A model generated the notes under the pieces. That model was not told the DNA's origin, searched no databases, and worked only from the letters and a program-made list of their open reading frames with translations. This document shows positions 39,103 through 48,899 of a DNA stretch of 64,000 nt, one piece after another. Origin of the DNA: a virus (taxonomy: Duplodnaviria; Caudoviricetes). How positions within the stretch are numbered: position 1 is the first letter of the stretch; each line of letters opens with the position of its first letter. The translations under genes were made by a program, and so were the position numbers. The DNA is taken from positions 192,001-256,000 of IMG/VR virus record IMGVR_UViG_2595698902_000001; one strand, given 5' to 3'.

Positions 39103-39343
39103 AGTTAATTCCTTTCTCTTCCTTCATTACTTTTGCAAGGTGATCGGCCACAACTTGCTTACCGGTTTTCTGCTTTTGCTGCATCACTTGGCGCACAGCA
39201 GATTGCAGAATATTGCTGCGCTTTTTCATTGGCACCGTTTTGTAACGCTCGGCCAGTTCAGCCAGTACGGTTTGTGCGTTAGCGCCCGCTGCAATACGCT
39301 CAGCCATGAATTGCATGGCGTCCTGCTCCATCGACTTAATCAC
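39074..39343 (-). CDS. Hypothetical protein
   Basis: 89-aa helical ORF overlapping neighbours. Confidence 0.55.
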   Translation of the reverse strand: MIKSMEQDAMQFMAERIAAGANAQTVLAELAERYKTVPMKKRSNILQSAVRQVMQQKQKTGKQVVADHLAKVMKEEKGINCVSIDPKTR

Positions 39344-39800
39344 GGTTGCGATTCTCTGCGATGGTTTGTTGGCCTTCGACGTAGGCGAATGCGTATTGGA
39401 TGTTTTTGCGCATCTTGGAAACCGCCATGCGGAATGTGTCTTTGCTCAATTTCAGCAGCACGGAATCGCGTGGCGTTTCCGCTGCGTTTTCCGGCAGAAC
39501 AAAATAGGTTTTGATCAGCGGCATTGCAGTGTCATTGCTTTTGATCAGGGACACCGCTCCCGTTGCTGGCGCAGTTTCAATCGCTTTCTTGATGTGGCGC
39601 TCTACCAACATCACAGAAACTTCCAGCATTTCGTCCAGCGATTCCGCAACCACGCGCTCGCCTTCCACTTCCATCAGAAACAGCGAATTATCGGTGTTGA
39701 AATCGTGGTGATACGAACGGCCCATGCCGTTGAAAATTGCACAGGCAGAATCGCCAATGCTGTTGAGCAGTTCGATTTTGTAAGCGGTGGAATTGTTCAC
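39336..39800 (-). CDS. Hypothetical protein
   Basis: GTG start reassigned after GAGG. Confidence 0.6.
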   Translation of the reverse strand: MNNSTAYKIELLNSIGDSACAIFNGMGRSYHHDFNTDNSLFLMEVEGERVVAESLDEMLEVSVMLVERHIKKAIETAPATGAVSLIKSNDTAMPLIKTYFVLPENAAETPRDSVLLKLSKDTFRMAVSKMRKNIQYAFAYVEGQQTIAENRNRD

Positions 39801-39967
39801 GCAAAAGCCCTCAGTACGAAAGTGATAACATCGCCGCAATTCATGATGCCGATAACGTGGAACGCGAAACGCCACGGCCCGTCAGGTCCGTTCGGATGTT
39901 CCTCGCTTGGGCGCAGCTGCCACAGGCACAAACCGACCATCAGTAAACTCAAAAACAGATTCGTCAT
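39797..39967 (-). CDS. Small membrane protein
   Basis: MTNLFLSLLMVGLCLW; ATGA overlap with the NADAR stop. Confidence 0.5.
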   Translation of the reverse strand: MTNLFLSLLMVGLCLWQLRPSEEHPNGPDGPWRFAFHVIGIMNCGDVITFVLRAFA

Positions 39968-40491
39968 TCCACCAGTTCCGCCAGCCGCATCATCGTGTGT
40001 TCTTTGCAGACTTTCCACACGTCTACGCCTTTCATAGAATCGCGGAATTCCATAAGCAGAACGCCCATCATATCCGCGCCCTTGCCTGCATCGTTCACGC
40101 CCCAGCCGCCTTTATCCCACTGCGCTAAATGGGACAGCTTTGTTTTGCCGGTTGCCAGCAGCGCCAGCAGACGCAGCGGGTTTTGCATATACGATTCTTT
40201 GATCATTCGACGCATCGTGTCGATACGTTTTACGTCGTGATCTTTGCGCTGTTTTCCCTTCGCTTTGTCTGAGCCATAATACTTGGCTTTGTACGGGTCG
40301 AAGGCGTTGAGGATTTTGCGGCGCAGTTCCTCTTCTGACTTCGCCAGTTTGAAATACTGGTAGCCGTGCTCAATCGATTTGAACGTGAGCTTTTTGTAGA
40401 TGAACGGCGCAGGCCACAGCGCGCTAAAGACTTCGTTCTGGTACGAATTGAACTGAATTACTTCAACGCTTTTTCTTGGACTTTTTGCCAC
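39964..40491 (-). CDS. NADAR (YbiA-like) family protein
   Basis: FxSxEHxYQxxK, LLATG, DxxWG, GxLLMExR motifs. Confidence 0.9.
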   Translation of the reverse strand: MAKSPRKSVEVIQFNSYQNEVFSALWPAPFIYKKLTFKSIEHGYQYFKLAKSEEELRRKILNAFDPYKAKYYGSDKAKGKQRKDHDVKRIDTMRRMIKESYMQNPLRLLALLATGKTKLSHLAQWDKGGWGVNDAGKGADMMGVLLMEFRDSMKGVDVWKVCKEHTMMRLAELVE

Positions 40492-40630
40492 TAGGTTCTC
40501 CCTTAATCACGCTTTCAATTGCAGCGGATACGCTTGGGCTAAGTTTTACCAGCACAGGGCGCTTGCGCTTGCCCTGCTCGTCCAGTTCCCACACGGTTGT
40601 CCAGAGGCCTTGCGAATTAGGCACGATCAT
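40463..40630 (-). CDS. Small basic hypothetical protein (55 aa, not in ORF track)
   Basis: MIVPNSQGLWTTVWELDEQGKRKRP...; fills the gap. Confidence 0.4.
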   Translation of the reverse strand: MIVPNSQGLWTTVWELDEQGKRKRPVLVKLSPSVSAAIESVIKGEPSGKKSKKKR

Positions 40631-40835
40631 AAATTTCCAGCAGCACGAAATCGGCGTTGGAGTAATTCTTTTTCAGCGCTTCATCCAACGCTTCAAGTGC
40701 GTCGGCTTTTTCGCTGTAGTCGTTGGTCAAATCCAAATCGCGATTCGGCGTCATCATCACCGTTTCTTGTTTGGTGTAGTTTTCGTCCCAACGCCAATCC
40801 AGTTGGCGCCATTCGTAACGAACTTTAATTGCCAT
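40617..40835 (-). CDS. Hypothetical protein
   Basis: MAIKVRY start after GAGG. Confidence 0.55.
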   Translation of the reverse strand: MAIKVRYEWRQLDWRWDENYTKQETVMMTPNRDLDLTNDYSEKADALEALDEALKKNYSNADFVLLEIYDRA

Positions 40836-40895
40836 TTTACTTGTACCCTCGGTTGAATTGAGCGAGTGCCGAAACACCCGCCCAATTTTTACGGT

Positions 40896-41459
40896 TTAAT
40901 CGCAGCCACCGCCACCGCCAGAATCACCGGAGCTGCCGGAATCACCACCACCGCCCCAGCCGCCAGAATCACGCGAAGGCGTATCGTAGGAATCCGACCG
41001 CGACGGACTGCACGAAGGCGCAGGCGTAGAGCGAACAGCAATTGGATCATCTGCAATAAGAGCAGGGTTAATGTGATAATCCCCGCTGTCATCACGACGG
41101 TCAGTGCGGCGACGAACTTCACCGGATTCAACACGCGCACCCATGCTTACAGGCAATTGCTTTTCTGGATATTGCGCACGGAGCGGTTCCCGCCGCCCCA
41201 TATTTTCCCGGTCCAGTTTTTCTTGCTTGTCGCGTTCTTTCCGCGCCATTTCCGCGTCGTAGAAATCCAGCGTAGGTTTCAACGCGGATTCAACACGCTG
41301 CAATTGGAGGCTCAGCTTCTGGCACAAAGACTCTTGCGCCTTTGCTTTAGCGGCCATAACAGCCGTATTGTCGTTAACGCGAACCAGCTCGTTAAACAGC
41401 AACTTGTATTTGCGGCGACCGAACAAAAAGTCGTACCAGCGCAATGGCAATTGACGCAT
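40896..41459 (-). CDS. Coiled-coil protein with Ser/Gly/Asp tail ending GGGGCD
   Basis: C-terminal DSGGWGGGGDSGSSGDSGGGGGCD. Confidence 0.7.
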   Translation of the reverse strand: MRQLPLRWYDFLFGRRKYKLLFNELVRVNDNTAVMAAKAKAQESLCQKLSLQLQRVESALKPTLDFYDAEMARKERDKQEKLDRENMGRREPLRAQYPEKQLPVSMGARVESGEVRRRTDRRDDSGDYHINPALIADDPIAVRSTPAPSCSPSRSDSYDTPSRDSGGWGGGGDSGSSGDSGGGGGCD

Positions 41460-41471
41460 GAAAAATCCCTT

Positions 41472-42323
41472 TTAGTAGTAGAGGGCTTGCAGCAGGTCGT
41501 CGTGCGAAACACCTTCGGAAGTGCTCAGGTGCTCAGCGAAGATTTTCGACCAGTTTTCAAACGTGACGTGCGGGTAAGCATCATGCAGCGCGGTAACGCG
41601 AACCGGATCAATGAAATCCAGATGTTTTTCGCGGTTGCCGATAGTGACGCCCGGTTTCAGTTTCATGCGCCACGCGAACGCCAGATGCAGACGGCCAACG
41701 TTGTCGCTGTTGTCGAAAATCAAACCTTCAAAATGCACGGAGGCCATGCGGGCCAGATCATGCGCGGTGCCGATCAGAATTTCTTTATCGGTGCCTTCGT
41801 TGAGATAGGCCTCGAATTTCAGACCGTCAATGTAGAAGGACATTTCCTCGAAAGCTTCGCGATAAATGTTATTGATCGCGGTAGCAATTGGGTCGATGAT
41901 CGAAGTCGGACGGCCTTGAGCGTCGATAACTTTTTCGATATCAACCAAATCGCAGTGACCGCCCGGAGCAATGGAGCCACGGCCTTTCAGATCGGATTCA
42001 CCGGAGCCTTCACGCGAACGCATGTACGGGTAGATTTCACCGTCTGCATTTTCGACTACGAAATAGTTGAGCCACTGCGCATAATCGCGGTTGCCTTTGA
42101 ACGATTCGCCCCAGTTGAAAGCTTCGTCCAAATCTTGGCGCTGGCCGATAACCAGCGCGTGCTGCACGTAGCGCACCAGACGCATGAAATCTACGTACAG
42201 GAAACCGGACGGATTAGGCGAACCCATTGCGGTGAAAGCATCACGCAGCGCGGTACGGCGGATAGCCAGAATCGACTCAGGATATTTGACTTCGGCAGGT
42301 TCAAACTTGAATGGCTTGTACAC
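41472..42323 (-). CDS. Nudix-fold phosphoesterase (YmaB/COG4112-like)
   Basis: YxQxxxY, YxR..GExxL..SIxxGGH, REAFEE, DxxxVGxxHL motifs. Confidence 0.8.
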   Translation of the reverse strand: MYKPFKFEPAEVKYPESILAIRRTALRDAFTAMGSPNPSGFLYVDFMRLVRYVQHALVIGQRQDLDEAFNWGESFKGNRDYAQWLNYFVVENADGEIYPYMRSREGSGESDLKGRGSIAPGGHCDLVDIEKVIDAQGRPTSIIDPIATAINNIYREAFEEMSFYIDGLKFEAYLNEGTDKEILIGTAHDLARMASVHFEGLIFDNSDNVGRLHLAFAWRMKLKPGVTIGNREKHLDFIDPVRVTALHDAYPHVTFENWSKIFAEHLSTSEGVSHDDLLQALYY

Positions 42324-42370
42324 GTTTACTTCCTTTCAATGTAGAGGCACACCATTGCACCTCTACTTCC

Positions 42371-42381
42371 TATTTACAGTT
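42371..42381 (-). promoter_or_regulatory. AACTGTAAATA motif copy 6
   Basis: Exact 11-mer after a stop codon, followed by a GTAGAGG...CCTCTAC hairpin and the Nudix gene. Confidence 0.6.
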
Positions 42382-42382
42382 T

Positions 42383-42916
42383 TTACGACAGGCAGCTAAA
42401 GCCGTGCGAATGCAGGCGCGGATCATGCGCCAGAATCATGCTGGCCGACACATGGCGCAGCACAATCGAGCGCGACGAATTGATAACGTCAGCCAGATTG
42501 CGGTCACAGCAAACCAGCGATTGCGGATTGCCGTTAACCGGCAGCGACGGAATGATTTTGAACACGTTGAGCAGATCGGCGTAAACGCGGATTTGTTTGT
42601 TCGGGTTTTCTTCTGCGCATTGGCGAATCAGCTTAGCCATTGCAACAGCGTTACCGAGTTCGACAGTCAGGAACTGCACGTTGGTGTCGTATTCCTGAAA
42701 ACGTGCGACGTAGGCTTCCGGCGAACCACAGAACAGCGCCATGCGGCGATGCAAATCTTGCTCGGTCATTTCGTCGTTGAAGAACAGGAAAATCGTGTCT
42801 TCGTTACGACCAGCAAAACGGATAACGTCAGCCAGCAAACTCAGCATGACTGTATCGGTAGCGCCTACACCAACGCCGCATTTGCCGACAACCACATCAG
42901 GAAAAACCGGTTTCAT
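42383..42916 (-). CDS. Degenerate DnaB/RecA-fold-like protein
   Basis: GVGVGAT pseudo-Walker A, FFNDEMTEQDLHRRM, IRVYADLL. Confidence 0.5.
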   Translation of the reverse strand: MKPVFPDVVVGKCGVGVGATDTVMLSLLADVIRFAGRNEDTIFLFFNDEMTEQDLHRRMALFCGSPEAYVARFQEYDTNVQFLTVELGNAVAMAKLIRQCAEENPNKQIRVYADLLNVFKIIPSLPVNGNPQSLVCCDRNLADVINSSRSIVLRHVSASMILAHDPRLHSHGFSCLS

Positions 42917-43351
42917 TTATTCTTGCTCCATTTCGTCAACGAAAATAGACACGACGTTAACGCGCTCGTCGCGCATGATACGCCGGACAAAATCGCTTTT
43001 GACTTTGATCGGCAGGCCGAAATTGGAATCGCTGAATTCGCCTACGGCTTCCTCGTATTCAAACAGTTCAGGCGTAACGAACGCGATATGCACGCGGCGC
43101 TGTTCGAGAATCGCTTTTTCCAGCCATTCATCGATAGCGGTAACGCCTTTGCAGATATGGCAACCGTCTGCAACGCGCACAAGGGATTCGCCTTTGTCGG
43201 AGTGGCATTTGAAAGCGAGGATTTCGTCTGCACCCTGCACGATCAAAACCGTTTCGTTTAAATCGTCACGGCTACCGATGATGCGACCGATATACAGGTC
43301 GCGGATAGTGGCACGCCTTGCGTTGGAAATAACGTTGTAAGTTTTGAACAT
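42917..43351 (-). CDS. Hypothetical protein
   Basis: 144-aa ORF, translationally coupled to neighbours. Confidence 0.6.
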   Translation of the reverse strand: MFKTYNVISNARRATIRDLYIGRIIGSRDDLNETVLIVQGADEILAFKCHSDKGESLVRVADGCHICKGVTAIDEWLEKAILEQRRVHIAFVTPELFEYEEAVGEFSDSNFGLPIKVKSDFVRRIMRDERVNVVSIFVDEMEQE

Positions 43352-44037
43352 TACAATTCTCCCATCTGCTCACGCAGCTTCGTGATAAATGCCATCGCGT
43401 CATTGTCGGTCAGGAATACCATACGGCGGTGCTGCTTACCGATGAACAACATTTGCGAAGGCTGGCGCTGGTTCGGGTCAATTTCGTTTACCGCAATTAC
43501 CCATGCGTGGTGCGAGCCGTCGCGCTTTTTCGCGTTGTACGGTTTGAGGATTGGGAATGCCGCGTTGCTCAATTCCCGGCCACGTCTTGCGGCCTCAACC
43601 AGCGCGTCCGCTTGGATTGTGGTATGCGGGGTTTTCCCTGCGATTACATCCTCACGCTGCACGCGCAATTTGTACTGGCGCGCTTGGGCTTCTTTAGCAT
43701 CTTTGTCGCGCTTCGCTTCGATTGCCGTTTTATCGTTGGAAATTTCCGCTTCCAATTCGTCGGCCATTTTGGTCCCAGCGAACATACCGGAAGTGACCAG
43801 CGCTTGGCGGGCCTTCATCGCCACGATTGGATTAGCTTTCAGCTTGGCAGCAGGCACCAGATCAAAGATGCCAGACAGCGCGACTTCGGCGTTTACGCGC
43901 AGCTCGGAATGTTCGTCTGCTTTGTTCTGCAAACCACGGGTAGCCCGGTCTACAATTCGCGCCAGCAGGCTAGGGTTATCTTGCACTGCCTTTTCAACCA
44001 TCAGCAGCAGCGCTTCGATTTGATCAAAATCTCTCAT
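43351..44037 (-). CDS. Hypothetical protein
   Basis: Start reassigned to MRDFDQ (ATGA overlap). Confidence 0.65.
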   Translation of the reverse strand: MRDFDQIEALLLMVEKAVQDNPSLLARIVDRATRGLQNKADEHSELRVNAEVALSGIFDLVPAAKLKANPIVAMKARQALVTSGMFAGTKMADELEAEISNDKTAIEAKRDKDAKEAQARQYKLRVQREDVIAGKTPHTTIQADALVEAARRGRELSNAAFPILKPYNAKKRDGSHHAWVIAVNEIDPNQRQPSQMLFIGKQHRRMVFLTDNDAMAFITKLREQMGEL

Positions 44038-44396
44038 GCTTTTTCTTGTTCCTTGCACCATTCGTTGAATTGCTGCCACGCGATTTTACGGCCCTTGAAA
44101 TCTGCAAAGCGTTCGATTGCTTTGTCGAAGTGCTGGCGCGCTGCTTTCTCGATTTGCGCATCCAGATTTTTCACGTAGGCGCCAGAGTCCCAAAGCTCGT
44201 TAAGCTTTTGCTCCACAGCTTCGCGAATCAGCAAATGGCCTGCACCCTCGACACCGCCCCATTGCTTGCCAAAGGCGCAGCCAGCGTTGAAAAACACATT
44301 GAGCGAATTGCGCACCACAGAACTTTGTACGTCAGCGGCTGCATCGAAAATGCGCTTCTCGATTTCGGTAGTGCTGATTTTAACTTTGATTTCCAC
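44034..44396 (-). CDS. Hypothetical protein
   Basis: 120-aa ORF. Confidence 0.6.
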   Translation of the reverse strand: MEIKVKISTTEIEKRIFDAAADVQSSVVRNSLNVFFNAGCAFGKQWGGVEGAGHLLIREAVEQKLNELWDSGAYVKNLDAQIEKAARQHFDKAIERFADFKGRKIAWQQFNEWCKEQEKA

Positions 44397-44744
44397 TTAG
44401 CTTTCCTTGTTCTTGGTTTTGTGTTCGTCCAGCAGATTCCACAGGTCTTGGAAATCGGAATCTTGCTGCGCCACGCGACATTTCATAATGGCATTCAGGA
44501 CCACGCCAGAATCCACATCACTCAGGTATTTGAACAGCGCCACTTGCAAACGATGCAGGCCGTTCGCTTTTACGCCGAAACGCTTTACCCATTCGTCACG
44601 TTCGTTTTCACGGGCAGACGCATAGTGATTGTCACCCGTGGCGTTTGCGCGTGGCCCGTTGCTGCGCTTTGGCTTGGTGGGCGTTTTCGTTACCTCGCCT
44701 TTTTCAGCAAGGAAAGTATCAAGGGTTTTTGGCGTTTTGGTCAT
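44397..44744 (-). CDS. Hypothetical protein
   Basis: 115-aa ORF with GAGGA RBS. Confidence 0.6.
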   Translation of the reverse strand: MTKTPKTLDTFLAEKGEVTKTPTKPKRSNGPRANATGDNHYASARENERDEWVKRFGVKANGLHRLQVALFKYLSDVDSGVVLNAIMKCRVAQQDSDFQDLWNLLDEHKTKNKES

Positions 44745-45246
44745 TTTTGATTTCCTCGTCTTTCTTCTCTTCTTTTTTCGGCAGGCCCGGATTCGCGATG
44801 GTCATAGACTTCGGCGTAAACTGGGAGCCGAACCGGCATTTCGTGTAGATGCGCTCCAGCGCCATATCGGCAGGCGTCTGGCCGTTGTAACCCTTGCGGC
44901 CAAATTTCCGTTCCATCCGATCCAGATCGACCTTGTAAGAAATGCTGGATTCCCGCAGGAACAACGCGCCAACCATTGCGTCTTTCCATTGCTGCTTTGC
45001 CGTGTTGTGTTTCGCCGCGTTGGCTTCGTTGTAGAAACCCCACGCCATGCGCTGCGCCACGTCGTCAAGGTCGATCAATTTACGGTCGGCAGGTTTCAGG
45101 TCCAGATACTGGTTGCCCACTTCCATACCGATTTGATACATACGCCCGCAAATGTTGTCGTCCAGCGTATAGGTCACGTCGGTTGTAACCACGTCGGCAT
45201 TTGCCAGCACAGGAACAAACAGCAGAGACAGCAGAATCTTTTTCAT
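44719..45246 (-). CDS. Secreted protein
   Basis: Signal peptide MKKILLSLLFVPVLANA. Confidence 0.7.
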   Translation of the reverse strand: MKKILLSLLFVPVLANADVVTTDVTYTLDDNICGRMYQIGMEVGNQYLDLKPADRKLIDLDDVAQRMAWGFYNEANAAKHNTAKQQWKDAMVGALFLRESSISYKVDLDRMERKFGRKGYNGQTPADMALERIYTKCRFGSQFTPKSMTIANPGLPKKEEKKDEEIKNDQNAKNP

Positions 45247-46019
45247 TTCAGTTTTACATCCTTGGATGGCATCAGCACATAAACGGAAGTCGAGCCAGCG
45301 CACGGAGGCACGGCGAATTCGCTTTCGTACTGGTAGGTTTCTCGCGCAGGCACCAGCGTATAAGGCCCGGTCATGAAGTTGTAGCCGTCGAGCTGCACCC
45401 GATGATCAACGTTGAAAGCGGGCGCTTCTTTTTCGATAGAAATGCCGCCTTCAATCGCGTTACGAATCGCCGGGAAATTGTTGTCCATAACGCGGGTCGT
45501 GCTGCCGCCGTATTTGCCGTTAATGACGCGGAAATTATCGCGTGCCAAAAACACATAGCGGCGGACGACTTCGTGTTTCTTGTGGCCTTCGTCGTCATCC
45601 TCGGGCATGATTTCGTCCAGCGCACACCACAGCGCCACGTCCATCGAGCCAATGCCCTTGTACCGCGACAGCTTGTAATCGCAGACGATATGAATGTAAT
45701 CAGGCAGGTTGAAATGCCCGCGTGTTTCGTGTGCGAAGTGGATAGCGCACAACGCCGATTTGAGCAATTCCAAATCCGGCTCATTTACGTCGAGGTCCAC
45801 GGTCTGCCAATAAATATCAGCGTGGTTTACCTCTTTGAAACTGACCGTGAATTTGTAATCGCTGTAGGCGAAGCAAACGCACTCGGTTTCGAGGATGTTG
45901 CCGCCGAACGCTTCGCCTTGGCCGTGGGTGAAAGGCACGACGTAGCTATGCAGATAATGCACAATCATATCGACACAGCTTTGCACTTTTTCGTTATTCA
46001 TTTTCAGCATTGGGAACAA
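45243..46019 (-). CDS. Hypothetical protein
   Basis: 258-aa ORF; start uncertain. Confidence 0.65.
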   Translation of the reverse strand: MFPMLKMNNEKVQSCVDMIVHYLHSYVVPFTHGQGEAFGGNILETECVCFAYSDYKFTVSFKEVNHADIYWQTVDLDVNEPDLELLKSALCAIHFAHETRGHFNLPDYIHIVCDYKLSRYKGIGSMDVALWCALDEIMPEDDDEGHKKHEVVRRYVFLARDNFRVINGKYGGSTTRVMDNNFPAIRNAIEGGISIEKEAPAFNVDHRVQLDGYNFMTGPYTLVPARETYQYESEFAVPPCAGSTSVYVLMPSKDVKLK

Positions 46020-46806
46020 TCCTCGGTACTTGCACCAGATAGAAAATTTCTTTTGGTTTTGCCAGCGTTGCTTTCAAGTCAACGCCCAGCTTTCGCAGAT
46101 TGCCTTCGTCGCCCGGTGCCAGAATGGAACTGACTTCGGTGCGGTAAAGCTTTGCGGTGAATTCCGGCATCGGCACACGGAAGCCGCTGTAGCCGTCCCA
46201 CAGGTGCGGAACAAACGGCAATTCTCGCGTAGCCAATCGGCGGTTGATCTTGTAGCGCTCTTCCAGATAGCGCGGGCGTTTATAGCCGTCCACGTCATAC
46301 GGCGGCGCGTAGCGCTTTGCCAGCCCGTGGTCGTCATGCAGCTGGATATAATCGGAGCGCTTATGGTTGATCGAATCGAGCCGATAAAACAGCGTCATAC
46401 CGACCGATTCTTTTCCGGTGTCGCCGAACGTGTGGTTAAGCGCGTCCGGTTTCATTGCGCACACCAGCTCTTCGCGATTGTGGTAGCAGTCACACCAGAG
46501 CAGCAATTCTTTAGCCACGCAAATAAACACATTCAACAAACGGAAATGTTCTACACGCCCGGTTGCGGTCTTTGCGTACTGGCGCGCTGCGCATTTCTTG
46601 TTGAGCGTTACCTTGTCGTCCATCCACGTTTCGTCAACGTTGGCGTAGAGGGTAAAACCATGTTTGCGCATTGCAATACGCATGGCGGTTGCGCCCAGTG
46701 TGAAAACGCCGTCGCTTTCACTGAATGGAATATCCACAGTGCGCAGGCGTTTGCGCAGATATTCCATGTACGGCTCGCCCCATGCAGATTCGCGTGGCCC
46801 ATTCAT
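45994..46806 (-). CDS. Hypothetical protein
   Basis: 270-aa ORF. Confidence 0.65.
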   Translation of the reverse strand: MNGPRESAWGEPYMEYLRKRLRTVDIPFSESDGVFTLGATAMRIAMRKHGFTLYANVDETWMDDKVTLNKKCAARQYAKTATGRVEHFRLLNVFICVAKELLLWCDCYHNREELVCAMKPDALNHTFGDTGKESVGMTLFYRLDSINHKRSDYIQLHDDHGLAKRYAPPYDVDGYKRPRYLEERYKINRRLATRELPFVPHLWDGYSGFRVPMPEFTAKLYRTEVSSILAPGDEGNLRKLGVDLKATLAKPKEIFYLVQVPRIVPNAENE

Positions 46807-47942
46807 TACTTCGCTTCCTTGTGTTCGATGCCCAGCAGCGAAAGAATGCCGCTGTAAAAATCAGGGAATTCGCCCGGCATGTTACAGGCCAAAACGGTAT
46901 TGAAATTGTCAACGTGGTGGAAACGCGCAGACAACGCGAAACCTTCGCCTTCAACGTCACCGACTTTGAAAACAGTCATTGTTACGTGGACGCCTTTGTT
47001 ACTTTTCCGGCGCAGCATGAAAGTGGTGCCGCTACGGTCGCGCAGAATCTCCAGCTCTTCGTTGTCGAGCATTTGATTCATGACTTTGTGGACGGCGCCA
47101 ACGTTGCCGAAAAACATTGCCGGGTCTTGCAGATCAATCCACGCATTTACATATGCGTAGAACGCAGGCATTTCGTTATAGCTGCGCGTGAAGCGGGCAA
47201 TCTCGCCGCCGTCGTATTTGCAGGTCATGCCTGCCGCGTCTACGACGATGCAAAGATTATTCTTTCTGCCGGTAATGTAGACTTCGGTTTTCCACGTAGT
47301 AGGTTCAAACTTCACCTCAAAGCGCATACCCGCCTCGGAGGCAGAACGCCACAAACCGAACTCGATTTCCCAAATGTGGGTATCGTGCTCGCTCCAATCA
47401 AAATGCGCTTCGTGTCGTCGGAAATACCGGGCAGCAGCCATATCGTTGAAGTGCGTAGCGCAGGCACGGCGCAGCTCATGCGTATCACTCAGCAACGCGC
47501 TGTCTGCCAGCGTGATATATTCGCCCAATTGCGTCGGATTTTCGTCCGGGTTTTTGTGAACGCGCAGGCCGTGGCCGACAGAAAGGCTTTCGATTTTTCC
47601 GGTGAGCAAATCCACGACTTTATCGCGGTTCAAACCAAAGAACGGAATGCAGCTTACTTGCCCGTTGTAGCCAGCCGGGAAATCTTCACGCGCCGCAACG
47701 TGATTCCACAATGCCTTGTTAAGAACTTTCGGATCATAACGCAGGCTTTTCGATTCCGCCGGATCGCGCAGAGACAGGCGACCAAAGATCGAACGGATAT
47801 ACAAACCGGCGCCGTCGAATACCGCGACTTCAAAAGCTGGGCGGTCGTGCTCGCCGCAGTAATCAACGTTGAAAGCTTTGTCGAAATGGGTCACGAAATT
47901 ATTCCTCTTCTTCCTGTTTTCTTTTGCGGTGATCGTCCACAA
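46806..47942 (-). CDS. Hypothetical protein
   Basis: 378-aa ORF; start uncertain. Confidence 0.65.
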   Translation of the reverse strand: MWTITAKENRKKRNNFVTHFDKAFNVDYCGEHDRPAFEVAVFDGAGLYIRSIFGRLSLRDPAESKSLRYDPKVLNKALWNHVAAREDFPAGYNGQVSCIPFFGLNRDKVVDLLTGKIESLSVGHGLRVHKNPDENPTQLGEYITLADSALLSDTHELRRACATHFNDMAAARYFRRHEAHFDWSEHDTHIWEIEFGLWRSASEAGMRFEVKFEPTTWKTEVYITGRKNNLCIVVDAAGMTCKYDGGEIARFTRSYNEMPAFYAYVNAWIDLQDPAMFFGNVGAVHKVMNQMLDNEELEILRDRSGTTFMLRRKSNKGVHVTMTVFKVGDVEGEGFALSARFHHVDNFNTVLACNMPGEFPDFYSGILSLLGIEHKEAK

Positions 47943-48243
47943 AACGCTCGCGCATTTCCATAGCTTCGATCAGTTTAGTTTCGTAGTTGCGCTCGTATGT
48001 GTTCTGGTTGCCGATGTAAATAATCACTGGTCGGCGTGCGCCCGGATCGCATACCGCAAAACGGTGTTTCGTTTGATTGCCGTCCTGCACGGTGTAATGG
48101 GTGATCCCCACAACATCGCATGACAATTTGTTTGACCGCGCTTGCGTTTCGGTTTCGCGCAGTTTGTGCCGCGCTCGCGTTTTCCGCTGGGGCACGGCGG
48201 CGGGAATGTCCTTACCGCCTTTGGGTTTCTTTTGCGTGTTCAT
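47899..48243 (-). CDS. Basic protein, possible AP2-like DNA-binding domain
   Basis: VGIT...RFAV...YIG...EAMEMRE pattern (weak). Confidence 0.4.
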   Translation of the reverse strand: MNTQKKPKGGKDIPAAVPQRKTRARHKLRETETQARSNKLSCDVVGITHYTVQDGNQTKHRFAVCDPGARRPVIIYIGNQNTYERNYETKLIEAMEMRERFVDDHRKRKQEEEE

Positions 48244-48899
48244 TAGGCCACGTACAACGCAACAGGCGGCACATTGGAACCAATCACCGCTGTAAGCGTC
48301 CCTGTGAGGTCTAGGCGATGCAAACGCCCTTCATCGATCAGCTGCACGCCACACGCCAACAAACGATTCCTAAGCGCGTCTAGGGCCTCCTGTGAGGTCG
48401 CCAGATACACGCACGCGCCCGGTGCGAATTCGTGGAAGCGGTAAACGTCGCCGTCAATCTCCAGCGCGGTGCGGCGCATGTCCAGCGTCAGGACTGGCCC
48501 CGGCTTTGCGACGTAAACGAATCGACGACTGACCGGCACTTCGTCCATGTCAACGCCAAAAGTTTCTTTGATCGCTTTCAGCTTTTGCGTGGAAATTCCA
48601 GCGCGACCGAGAACCCAAGCGCGGAAAGTTTCCGGCTTTGCGATTTCGTAGATTTTCGCGCCGTGCAAACGCTCCAACTCCAGAACGTGGTAGGAATACA
48701 GCGCGTTGCGCCATTCCTTCAAAAACGAATCGGAACGGCTGATTGCTCGCATTTGTTCGTAGGTGGGGAAATACAGGCCAGACGCGAAGGCACGCATTGC
48801 AGATTGCGCGTGGACATAATCCACATTGAGCGCACGGGCGTAACCTTCCACGACATTTCGGTTTTCCGCCAGCGCGCTAACCGATACGTTAAACATCAT
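48243..48899 (-). CDS. XRE/Cro-like HTH protein, family H
   Basis: ETFRAWVLGRAGISTQKLKAIKETFGVD. Confidence 0.6.
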   Translation of the reverse strand: MMFNVSVSALAENRNVVEGYARALNVDYVHAQSAMRAFASGLYFPTYEQMRAISRSDSFLKEWRNALYSYHVLELERLHGAKIYEIAKPETFRAWVLGRAGISTQKLKAIKETFGVDMDEVPVSRRFVYVAKPGPVLTLDMRRTALEIDGDVYRFHEFAPGACVYLATSQEALDALRNRLLACGVQLIDEGRLHRLDLTGTLTAVIGSNVPPVALYVA

